Below, piece after piece: positions 23,319 through 33,409 of a stretch of 64,000 bases of DNA. The notes beneath the pieces were generated by a model. That model did not search any database. It was given only the letters and a program-made list of their open reading frames with translations, and was not told the origin of the DNA. The DNA is from an uncultured Nitrososphaerales archaeon (GTDB lineage Archaea; Thermoproteota; Nitrososphaeria; Nitrososphaerales; Nitrososphaeraceae): assembly GCA_963709405.1 (NCBI GenBank), contig CAVPXM010000038.1, positions 64,001-128,000 on the forward strand. The letters are read 5' to 3'. The translations under genes were made by a program, and so were the position numbers. The first letter of the stretch is position 1. Each line of letters starts with the position of its first letter.

Positions 23319-24164
23319 ATGCCATTTAGTCTTGATGAGTTACTCGCAGCTTATTCTGCTTATCGACGTTTTATAGCTTGCAAACCAAACCCACGTCATA
23401 TACGATACATATTTCCACTTTTTGAGGGGACTTACTTCACATATCGAAAAATCGATGTACTGCGACTGACCAATATCGCAAAATCAATATCAGCAAGGCC
23501 AAGTTTTATCGACATCGGTTGCGGGTACGGAGATTTCTTGATGAAAATGAGGGAGCAAATCTCAAACGCGATTGGTGTAGAAAAGGAGTATAGCTTGTTT
23601 CATCTTCTTAGAAAACCGAAACCAGATTATATATATTTAGACTCTATTGAAGGGTTTGCTAAGAAACCGAGGGATATCGCCTTCGTAGGATGGATGGAAC
23701 CAGGGATAGATTTTCGTAAATTTGTTGCAAGTCTAGCAAAGTGCATCGTCACAACATTTGATGAAGGGGGTCAGTGTGGAATAAACGGAGGTTGTGAATA
23801 CGAGGAGTTTGGATTTAAAAGGATAGCCCATTGGAGAACACCCTCTTGGATAGATGTAAATACAGAATTAATGAATAAATACTACACTACATCGCTATTA
23901 TCTCGAGAGAATATAAGACACCAATTGGAATCGCTACGTTCGTCTCACAATCTTTGGCATGTTTATTCTAAGACAGAAATATCTGATGACGTCCGAAATG
24001 CTCTCCATGATTGGCTACGAAATGAAGAGTTTATTATGGAAAGATACGATTTTGAATCAATTCTTGATGAATGTGGCTATCATTTTAAGGAGAAACTCCC
24101 GACATCGATATCGAAAGACCCATTGTGGGAAGTCATCTTCGACGAGGATCATACGTACAGTTAG
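23319..24164 (+). CDS. Class I SAM-dependent methyltransferase-like protein
   Basis: Motif I 'FIDIGCGYGDF' followed by acidic 'GVE'; substrate unknown. Confidence 0.75.
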   Translation: MPFSLDELLAAYSAYRRFIACKPNPRHIRYIFPLFEGTYFTYRKIDVLRLTNIAKSISARPSFIDIGCGYGDFLMKMREQISNAIGVEKEYSLFHLLRKPKPDYIYLDSIEGFAKKPRDIAFVGWMEPGIDFRKFVASLAKCIVTTFDEGGQCGINGGCEYEEFGFKRIAHWRTPSWIDVNTELMNKYYTTSLLSRENIRHQLESLRSSHNLWHVYSKTEISDDVRNALHDWLRNEEFIMERYDFESILDECGYHFKEKLPTSISKDPLWEVIFDEDHTYS

Positions 24165-25357
24165 AACTTATCTTAAACAATTTGGAAAAAGAACTTCAAA
24201 GATGACAACGTGTTAGATATTGAGTTTGCAGGAGGGCATTGACAATATTCTTGTAATCATATGGTCTCTATCAATGGATTGATATTGCCTGGAAAGCAAA
24301 TATCCAATTATTCTGATAATGGCTATGAATGGAAAAAGGGATTCTAGCAATAAAGCAGATTTATAAGCGGCTTTCAATGTTGCGTCGAAAGATCGTCTTT
24401 TGAGAGATAATATTTGAACACAGATAAGTTGATTTTTGTGGCATATGGCTAATTAAGCTCGGTTGCTAGTTATTGCAGTACGTTTCGATGTTATCAGAAA
24501 TCTGTAATCAAAGATTGCTTAGCTATTTTCTTCCTAATGAAGATAGTGACTTTACTGAGCAAAACTAATGATTCTATTATGGATTTCTACAAGTAGACAG
24601 TATAGATTTCGATAGGTAAACAACCATGAGTATGAAATCTGTCCTCACAGATTTATATTAATTACGTATTAGATAATTCATCTTCTTTGCAAAAATGAAT
24701 TAGCACAACTTTTAAAAAGTTTGGATCATTGAAGATATTCTGTGGTACCCAAAACAATTTGCTTCAGTAGGAACTAAATATTTCGGTCCTTCAGATCTGA
24801 TATGCTCTGATGAAACCCTCAACTCATTCACTGAAGCGGTTTTCTATTGTGTATATTCGTTATTAAGAATAACTTTATTGTCAAGCTGAATACTCAACAA
24901 TCACATGAATATTTGCACATACTACCTTATAGGTATTGGTAACGTCAGTGTGTTAGACATCCAACGTTAAATAATTAGGCAGAACATTTGTATGAGTAGG
25001 AACAAAATACGTGGACTGGGCTTCAGTAAATTACCTAAATCATAATAGTATCCTTATTGAATGTACTTTGGTAGCGTTTCATCATACGAGTTAATTATTA
25101 TGCCGGCAGACCCATTACAAAATTGAATATATTATTCAATACATTTGATTAGACTAAACAATATATACCTAGATCTAAAAAGACTCTAAATTGCATGTTA
25201 CCACGGTGAATATTCTACTGGGCGTTCAGAGCTGTAAACTCAGATCATCAGAACGATAAGTCCATCAATCAATACTTCAGCGAAGTGCATAGCAATTTCA
25301 GAACTGACATGCATTTACTTCCGCGAAAAGATAGAGTGTAACTGAACAGACCAATAA

Positions 25358-25897
25358 TTAAGAAGGGGAGCCATCCCTATCAACGACCATATGTGACCAC
25401 TGTCCCTTATTGATAGGCTCGGGAGATGGACTCTTCGCATTAGTTGGTGTTTTTCCTTCAATTACATTTGGTGTTTCTTCGTATGCGAAGTCTTCTAGGC
25501 GCTTCAATGTATTAAATACGGAGTCATAAAATCCCTTGTGGAATTGACTCCCTAATTTACAATATGGATGTCCTCCAATCAAATTATGATTGGGATTATG
25601 ACAATCACCATATAGAATTTTCTTCTTGAGATCAACAGTCAGCCAAGAAAGACACATTAATCCCAAGATCCAAAAGAAAGGCTCAAAATGGAACTTTACG
25701 TATATCGTTGGATTATACGGATCACATTTGTCTTGCTTCTGTTGTCCTACATATTCTTCGACCTTATCTTGTATCTTTGAGAATATTATATTCATGAATT
25801 CCTTATCCAGGGTTGGTCTGCTACCTATTAATTCTTGGATTGAGTTGTAGAATGATTCGACATCTATGTCTTTCGTCAGCCATTTTGTATCACTCAT
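25358..25897 (-). CDS. Hypothetical protein with a Cys/His cluster
   Basis: ORF open from 26011, likely start MSDTK; 'DCHNPNHNLIGGHPYC' could bind metal. Confidence 0.55.
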   Translation of the reverse strand: MSDTKWLTKDIDVESFYNSIQELIGSRPTLDKEFMNIIFSKIQDKVEEYVGQQKQDKCDPYNPTIYVKFHFEPFFWILGLMCLSWLTVDLKKKILYGDCHNPNHNLIGGHPYCKLGSQFHKGFYDSVFNTLKRLEDFAYEETPNVIEGKTPTNAKSPSPEPINKGQWSHMVVDRDGSPS

Positions 25898-26189
25898 TTT
25901 ACAATGAACTATAAAACAGCCCACATAGATAAACTTACTATTGCCGTTTAAATAAATAGTGACTAGGAGTCGACCCTCAGTAAAAGCAAGAGATGAGAAT
26001 TGTACCTCCAATCATTTGCTTATTACGACTTAACCATGCAATACGAAGATGGGTTGACGATTTAATAGTGTAATATTAGAGTCATGATATCAATCAGTTA
26101 TTTCAAAATTTGGTGAGGTTAGAGTTAATTCACGATCGGTATTATCATATGGTTATTAATGATCAGCATACTATTGGACATTGTTTCAT

Positions 26190-26505
26190 TCAAATATTTA
26201 ACATATCGTCTACTGCTAAAACTAGATACTATTATTCCTGCTCAAACTTATCCAGTGTGTGTTGTTTCGCCTGGTAGCTGAAATTGCATCATTAACCTGT
26301 TCCTCATCAACTATAGTCACTATAGGCTTCTATTAGAATACTCCATCTTTTTGCTCGCAGATTCCCTACCATAAGTCATGGTATATTTTCACACTATCCA
26401 ATTCCTTTAGGCTGGAAATAGGTAACCTGCAAACTCAAGTCTTCTAATACCGATAGTACAGGTGAAGCTCATTCTGATGAAACAAATGCTTCAAGTCTAT
26501 TTCAT
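26190..26505 (-). pseudogene. P-II (GlnB/K-like) nitrogen regulator pseudogene
   Basis: Piecewise translation MK/RLEAFVSSE*ASPVLSVLEDLSLQVTYFQPKGIG*CE/YTMTYGRESASKKMEYSNRS/IVTIVDEEQVNDAISA...HTG...AGIIV.../AVDDMLNI*; several stops and shifts. Confidence 0.7.
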
Positions 26506-26577
26506 AGCATAGAATATTGATATACTTTTTGGGCTTGTATTATACAAGGGCATAATAACTAAGGATATTGATCACAG

Positions 26578-27253
26578 GACTCAGTAAAGTTGAGATATCA
26601 ACTCCTTGTTATGATGACAAACAAATAGATCCAGCCATTTCTGTATGTATGTGTTGCAATTTACATTTATTTATTCTACAATGAAAATAATTACCGAAAC
26701 TTTCCGTTCTATCTTTGATATATCGTTCCCTCTCTTTCGATTATGCTTTTCTCAAAGCAGAATGAAGATGGTGTTTTATTTTTAAGAATTTACAGGCCTG
26801 TGCTTGATACCATGTACCCCCTCTGTCAAAAACAGGATGTTCTACATATCTTTTCACAAGGTTTAATATAAAACGTTCTGCAACAAACATGTTTCTCTCT
26901 TTCTTTGGATATGCTTATATGAAGGATTTCTCGGTTATCGTTTTCAATGGCTATCCATAACCAGATATATTCGGAACCAACTTTAATGATAGTTTCATCA
27001 ATTATAAATTCGGTAATACGTAACTTTTTAGAATCTAATATCTCTATATTTTTGAATCCAGTCTCTTATTGCAGTATGGTTTCATTTAATAAATCTGGAC
27101 ACAGCTTTGGAAGTATTTCTTAATGAAAGACCAAGGAAATACAGATACAGAGAATATGCTATATCCTCAGGTTCTGTTCTCTTTCTTATTTGACACATCA
27201 TAACCTATATCGGAGTCATAAAGCTATAGATTTTTCCTTAACTTTACAGAGCC
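26578..27253 (-). mobile_element. IS6-family insertion sequence (copy 3), closely related to copy 2, degenerate
   Basis: The right-hand ~150 bp are the reverse complement of the start of copy 2; decayed left TIR GACTCAGTAAAGTTGAG; TSD GATCACAG / GATTACAG (7/8). Confidence 0.92.
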
Positions 27254-27683
27254 GATTACAGATATTTCGTGAGGGATCAATCTAATTATGGTTGTCATGA
27301 GCCAAGTCTACTTTAAGAAATTAAAACCGATAGTGGGCTCAATTATTGAGTATATGGAGTCAATTATCAACTGATTCTGACCATTGACAATCTTATTTAT
27401 TAATCTGAATTATTGAGGAAAATGATAATATTGCAGAAAATATTCGTAACACAAAACGTGTTTATTGTATCCAGATAGATTCGAACCTCGTGAAGATTTA
27501 TATGACAAGGTTAGAGGATACGCAATATTAATAAATCTGTCCATAAAAATGCCCTTTCTATAGATAATCTAATCTAAACTAGCGATGGTGGCTAATCATG
27601 ACAGTTTTACGAAAATAATAAAATAACGAACTTTATCCGCAGGTCACAAAGGCTCGTAAATGGACAATGCCTATATCCACCCT

Positions 27684-28103
27684 TCACCGTAAAATTGAGT
27701 CCCTGAAAAGCATTTGCTTATTTATTTTTTTTGGACACTCATCTTCAATTAGCATTCCTGCTAAGTTACGGCTTCTTGGGATCCAAGCAAATGATGGTTT
27801 AGATTCTAAGTTATCTATAATATTTAGAACTTGAATTGTAAGCATTCTTATTACACTTCCCTTCCGCATTCGTACCCTTCCTACGATAAAATCAACTATA
27901 CTCTCAGAATCTGTATAGATTATCGTCTGTTTAGAATTTCGGATAGTGTCATTGTTCAATGCTTCTATGATAGCCATAAACTCCGCTTCCATCGAATTAA
28001 GATTAAACCTGCTACGCATGAATCTCTCCTCATTTGTCTCCAAGATATAATACCCATAGATATTGTGAGGGTCTCCAGATGCATCAGTATATACAGTAAT
28101 CAT
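27684..28103 (-). CDS. Ribonuclease HI-like protein
   Basis: 'VYTDAS', 'NSMEAEFMAIIEAL', 'IIYTDSESIV', 'WIPRSRNLAG'; three of four acidic residues present, with Gly in place of the last Asp. Confidence 0.85.
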   Translation of the reverse strand: MITVYTDASGDPHNIYGYYILETNEERFMRSRFNLNSMEAEFMAIIEALNNDTIRNSKQTIIYTDSESIVDFIVGRVRMRKGSVIRMLTIQVLNIIDNLESKPSFAWIPRSRNLAGMLIEDECPKKINKQMLFRDSILR

Positions 28104-28514
28104 TTCTTTAAGTTGCCTCACTCATATCTAGTTGTGCACTAACTATTGCCACAACATTCACTCTTTTCAAGTTATGCTATATATTCCTCCTATAAATTGT
28201 ATATCGGTATTAATCAGAAGGATTCTCAGGGGCTCCATTTTGATTTTAGAGAACAATATGCTAAGTTGAGATGAGAATGTGTCATTAGATACCATAAGTA
28301 AGTTTTGAGAAATGTGTAGCAGATTTTATTTATCAAGTTGAAATGACATAGTCAGATTTAACAATAGAGTAACGGATCAGATTGAACTTGCAGTAATGGG
28401 TTCTTCTTCATCATAACCAGATTTCGATATAATGATTATTATAAAATGTAATACTTATCAGAGAGTGGGAGGCTGATTAAGTCCGTAAAGTCCGTGTGTA
28501 TATAACTACAGTTA

Positions 28515-28727
28515 TTACTCCTTCTTGTGACTTGCACATTCTACACAATAAATTATTCTATCTGAACTACTATCGCCTCTTACTTGATAACCAATAACTT
28601 TACGACATTCATAACATTGCAACGTTATTGTACACGATTTATGATACATCTTCCCATCGGTAATAATAGTAGGCTGTAATTCATTGATAGGCAGTCCACA
28701 TTTATAACAACGATTGTATTCTTGCAT
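28515..28727 (-). CDS. LIM-domain-like double zinc-finger protein (70 aa)
   Basis: C-x2-C-x18-H-x2-C-x5-C-x2-C-x19-C-x2-C with 'GKMYH' and 'IYC'; TTTAAG about 27 nt upstream of the ATG. Confidence 0.65.
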   Translation of the reverse strand: MQEYNRCYKCGLPINELQPTIITDGKMYHKSCTITLQCYECRKVIGYQVRGDSSSDRIIYCVECASHKKE

Positions 28728-29156
28728 ATCTATTATAGAATGATATTATTCTTAAACATGTATGGCAGGTAACTTCATCGGCAACTCAACTTTAGAGAAA
28801 TAACAATCAGCGTTGTGAAAATATGTTGAGTACCGTTTTCATGTAGAGCGCACTTTCAGGCCGGGTTATAGGAATATCTACTGCTCTTTTGGGTATAGGA
28901 GGGTCTATTCTACAATAAATTCGCTGAAAGTAAATTACATGATTGCTTTTTTTGTTAATGTGATCTCGGCATAAGATGAAACATCAATGCTGACCGCATT
29001 TCAGTCTGAGTGAGCCATCTTTAACGAAAGCCAACCGGGAATCAAATAAAGTGAATGGCAGCGTAACCTATATTTTTAAATTGGATCACTATGAGTTGGG
29101 TTTGTGTTTATTATAAAAAGTTATAGAAAAACAACCAAATCACGATTTTTCTAGCT

Positions 29157-30756
29157 TTGAGTTCCTTGGCTGCCTTGGCCTTCATGAGCATCGCATTGTG
29201 GGGTCAAGTGAACGCTACCGCTAACAGTAGTAGTCCTAGTAGTCGTTGCGTCAATAGACTGCCTGGCAATCATACAATGGCGCTACAAGAGGCAAAGTGC
29301 GCCGCGGCAGAAAAGAATCCACCATGGTATCCTACTGTCAATCCAGCCGAACTTCACGACAGCTATAGGACACACGTATATCCTTGCGGAGTTCGGAGGG
29401 TCATTTACAGGTCCCAACCAGGTATTTGCTTACGCATCCCCTTTACAGTACTATAGTCCAATCTTTGGGGTGACCGGTGGAGTAAACGAACTGTATGTCC
29501 TCGGTGGATCATGGGGCAGTGCTATTCCGAAGCCTTCCGGACAATTCGTAGCCAAACTCAATGTAGGAGATCTAACGCAGCTCTGGCGAACAGATCTCGC
29601 CAACTTGAACGCCACCACATCTCCGACTGGTGTGTGGAACTATATTGGGGGCCTCAATGTGCTTGCAGATGGCAGCCTCGCAGTCGTCGCCGGCAGCAAC
29701 TTGTACAAGCTGAATGGCACTACGGGAGCTGTCGAGGCAGAACTTGCCTTGCCAACAGGCCCAAGCCTACCATATAACACAGACTTTAACGGTATGGCAG
29801 CTTGGCCCGACGGTACCCTCGTCTTAAAAACCCAGACAAGAGCACCAGGATGCTCATACGATGCAGGTCTTCCCTTTGCTATACCCTGCCCGGGCCAAAG
29901 TAACTCTCCTAATTCGGTCATGGACATAGTCGATTCAAAGACGTGGAAAGTACTTGACTCGATTCAGCTCAAGGGAGATGTTGCATCCCGCGTAGCAGCC
30001 ACGGTGTACCATGGCAAGGATTACGCGTACATCGGCAACTCGTCAAATCTTTTCCGCTACATTTGGGATGGCAAGAAGCTCACACTTGATAATAGCTGGC
30101 TGCCAGCGAAGATTACAAAGCCAGGTCAGACTAACCTTTTAGCAAATATGATCGCCGGTGACTGGGTTTTCGACTTTACCAACTGCTGTCCACCTACCAC
30201 AACACCGCTAAGCGTCGTGGCTGTCTCACAGGCCAACGCTAGCAAGATGACTCGGATTGACTCGATTCCCCTTTCCCCTGGGCAGCAGAGCTACATACCT
30301 TCCAATTCAGCCGTTGACCCGGATAACCACATGATGTACGTGATGGACGGTGGCGCTGGCAAGATCGTGGGCCTCAAATACAACCCGGTGACTGGCAACA
30401 TGTCAGTCGCATGGAGGACTAACCAGAGTACATTAGCGTTCTTGTCGCTGATAGGTCCTGCTAACCACCGAGTGCTAGTAGGCACTAACATGCATCCCGG
30501 TACGACCACCTCCCAAATGACTAATAATCCTCATCCCAGCTACACTGAACAAGTACAGTGGAGAGACGCCGCCACAGGCAAGTTACTTGCGGCCTCAGAC
30601 TACTTTAGTGGCATGTCTGCCGGAGCTCCCCCAGCTCCAGGCTTTGGTGGCCTCCTCTATTACATGACTTTTAACGGTCACATCATGGCCTTGCAAGTCT
30701 TGCCGAAGCCCGCAAGTTCGAATTCGACATCAACTACAACTGCGCCTGGTGGTTGA
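29157..30756 (+). CDS. GC-rich secreted beta-propeller-like protein, split by a frameshift near 29385
   Basis: Signal-peptide-like N-terminus; the second frame is open from about 29386 (AEFGGSFTGPNQ...) into ORF 29470-30756; PQQ-like blades 'LYKLNGTTGAVEAE', 'WRDAATGKLLA'; visibly higher GC than the flanks. Confidence 0.7.
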
Positions 30757-31042
30757 TAGATAGATAATCCATAGCATTCTTACATATTCCCTCTGGTATC
30801 ACCCAGCCAGCCAGACAGAGAGACAGACAGACAATCGTTACTGTTACGCCAAATGGCTGATATGAGTCTTAGAGTGTATGCTTACCTTCTTTTTTTCTTT
30901 CTCTTACGTTTATGACCACACAATTTTTCTGTTTCAATTTCATATCTAGATTAGCAGAACCTTTTTGATGAATACGTTCATTATAATTTAGGACTAAATA
31001 TCATTCAATCCATTCTATATGATTATAGTAGACTATAAGAAT

Positions 31043-31165
31043 ATGCAGATAAGGGATCAATTTGGACATATTTGGGCAGTTTCAGCTCATGAAAAATGTA
31101 TGACCAGAATAGAAATTGGAAAGGCTGCTAAAGAAGCTTTTAAAAATAACTCTATTATTCGTTAA
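31043..31165 (+). pseudogene. C-terminal remnant of a VOC/PhnB glyoxalase-family gene
   Basis: MQIRDQFGHIWAVSAHEKCMTRIEIGKAAKEAF resembles the 'DPFGHxW...H..DM..EE' C-terminus of VOC/PhnB proteins. Confidence 0.55.
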
Positions 31166-31366
31166 TTTAAGACAATCAGTAAACTTTCCTTACTTCTAGC
31201 ATAAGCAACTCATACAAAGTTTCATCTTTTCACGTAATCCTTTGCATCAATCATCCTGACTTGGTGGGAAAGGATTCGCAAGCACAGATTTAGGGAGTCC
31301 TCAACACACAGGAAAAGGAAAAGTTAGAATTTGGTTGTGTTATATCCTATACTGGGAAGAGATGAT

Positions 31367-32482
31367 ATGTGTCCTTTTAAGAGTAACTCTCATTGGGATA
31401 TAGAAGAAAGTTTCGATTTTACCTTGAATCACTTCCAAGAACCTATCTTCCCAAGAAAAATTATGACAAAAGATCTAGGCTATCAAATAGAGGTATTCAA
31501 TAAACAGGAAGCATTAGGTTATTATAAAAATTCAAAATATGAAGACTGCAGGATAAATGCTTATCCTTCTTTTACCCAATATGAGGGGATTAACAGAACA
31601 CCAATAAGTTTTCTGATGGTCGATTTAGATTTGAAGCACTTTTTTACAAAAGAAAAACTACTGGAAAAGGCACTAAACAAAACATTGGAGAAGATTAGAA
31701 AAGAAAGCATTGGTGGAAATCCAACAGTGCTGTGGACAGGTAATGGCTATCACATATACCAACCAGTCAGCGGATTTCTCCTAGAAGAATACGAAACATT
31801 CTATGAATTCACAAAGTATCTAGATAAAGATTTGACTAGCCTATTCATTCAATTTGCCGAGGAATATTTTACAGATCATACTGCGGATCGTCTCCACCAT
31901 CCAACTGTAAAGTCATGCTTGTTAAGAATTCCAGGAAGTCTAAACTCAAAGTGTATCAGCAAAGAACAAGATGCAGAGATTAAAATAATACAAAAATGGG
32001 ATGAAAAACGACCATCCATAAAACCTCTGTTACGTGATTTTAGAAGATGGCTTATCCAAAACAGAATTGACGATATTGAAGAGTTAAGAAAACGAGAGAA
32101 AAAACATGGGAGGTTTCAGATCGTCACTTCGGAAAATCAAGAATATAAAAATCGAATTAACGGGATAAGATGGATAGAAAATGGAATACTAGAAAATGTT
32201 CTACCTGATCATAGAAAATATATCATCTGGAGAATACTTTCTCCATATCTATTGAATGTAAAAAATTTGACGAGAGAAGAATGTTATTCTGTAATAAAGG
32301 ATTGGTTAGATAAATGCAACAAATTAGAAAGGCTGAACTTTAATCCCAAGATAAAGATAAAAGAAGGTCTTAAAGGTGCAAGTAAAGGATATTATCCAAT
32401 TAGTCTAGAGAAATTAAAAAAAGAAAACAATAGTTTATACGAAATGATTATGAACCGATTTAAAAAGGCTGATAGGTCATAA
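31367..32482 (+). CDS. Archaeo-eukaryotic primase (AEP) domain fused to a PriX-like domain
   Basis: AEP motifs 'LMVDLD' (DxD), 'WTGNGYHIY', 'LLRIPGSLNSK'; C-terminal 'WIE...LPDHRKYIIWRILSPYLLNVK...IKDWLDKC' is PriX-like; ORF open from TTG 31331. Confidence 0.82.
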   Translation: MCPFKSNSHWDIEESFDFTLNHFQEPIFPRKIMTKDLGYQIEVFNKQEALGYYKNSKYEDCRINAYPSFTQYEGINRTPISFLMVDLDLKHFFTKEKLLEKALNKTLEKIRKESIGGNPTVLWTGNGYHIYQPVSGFLLEEYETFYEFTKYLDKDLTSLFIQFAEEYFTDHTADRLHHPTVKSCLLRIPGSLNSKCISKEQDAEIKIIQKWDEKRPSIKPLLRDFRRWLIQNRIDDIEELRKREKKHGRFQIVTSENQEYKNRINGIRWIENGILENVLPDHRKYIIWRILSPYLLNVKNLTREECYSVIKDWLDKCNKLERLNFNPKIKIKEGLKGASKGYYPISLEKLKKENNSLYEMIMNRFKKADRS

Positions 32483-32583
32483 TCGATTTCCAATAGCTTG
32501 TATGATCATAAAAAGTGATAAATTCCGTACAGTACATCGTTTGCATAAGCAATTAAAAAGGGGAGACGATAGAAAATTGCTGA

Positions 32584-33111
32584 TTGATATCTAGATCTAT
32601 TATTTATATCTCCATTACCATTATTGGGATTGCAGGCATAGGTCTAGGTCTTCGAGTAGTATTAGGTACATATAACCAATTTTACATAGTTGCGAGTGGC
32701 AGTATGATCCCTGCTTTAAATGTAAATGATTTTGTTGTTGTTAGCAATGTCATACCTTTCTCAAAACTGAAAGTAGGAGATATAATCGTCTTTAGATCTG
32801 TAGGCTCATTAATCCCCGGCGAACGACATGAAACGGTAGTTCATAGAATTGTGCGAATTACCACGATGTCTAGAGGAGATGAAATTATCAGGACTAAGGG
32901 AGATGCAAACTCACGTTCAATCCCTTTCATCGACTATCCCATAAGAAAACAAAATTATGTCGGTAAGGTGATTTATGTCTTCCCTAAACTCGGTTTGATA
33001 ACCAAACTAACCAATCCGCCCACAAATTATTTCATTATGGCTGGTGTAATAATATTGATAGTCGTATATTACACAAAAACTGGAAAGAAAGAAGGACCGA
33101 CGCAAACATAG
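32584..33111 (+). CDS. Signal peptidase I (Sec11 type)
   Basis: 'VASGSMIP', 'VGDIIVF', 'VVHRIV', 'TKGDAN', 'VGKV'; N- and C-terminal TM segments. Confidence 0.92.
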   Translation: MISRSIIYISITIIGIAGIGLGLRVVLGTYNQFYIVASGSMIPALNVNDFVVVSNVIPFSKLKVGDIIVFRSVGSLIPGERHETVVHRIVRITTMSRGDEIIRTKGDANSRSIPFIDYPIRKQNYVGKVIYVFPKLGLITKLTNPPTNYFIMAGVIILIVVYYTKTGKKEGPTQT

Positions 33112-33409
33112 TTGATTTGGAAACGGGGCTTTTTAGAATGCTCTGTCGGTTGTCACTTTTGCTCAGCTAAAAATTCCAGATAGTTTACAATATTCAACAA
33201 ACTTGCCATTTTGAGTGATTATCCTTTTTGCTAACTCCACGTATCAGCGATTACATGCGCTATTCGTAACCAAGTTTTTGGTGCTTCCATAATTCAATCT
33301 TTTTTCAATACTATCTTCAGAAACAAAGTTGCACTTGGCATCAATACCAATTAAAACATAGCTGTGGGTTCTTGAAATAGAATCTGAATAATAACCAATC
33401 AAATAAGGA

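Noticed and set aside
21707-27253. Composite transposon carrying the ferredoxin and methyltransferase genes
   Set aside because: Each IS has its own TSD and the outer flanks do not match, indicating independent insertions; the enclosed ferredoxin looks like a core gene
27474-27495. GGTTCGAATC on the minus strand resembling a tRNA T-loop or att site
   Set aside because: The flanking bases do not form a T-stem and no cloverleaf can be built
30802-30833. CCAG/GACA short tetranucleotide repeats after the GC-rich gene
   Set aside because: Short and imperfect; no evidence of function
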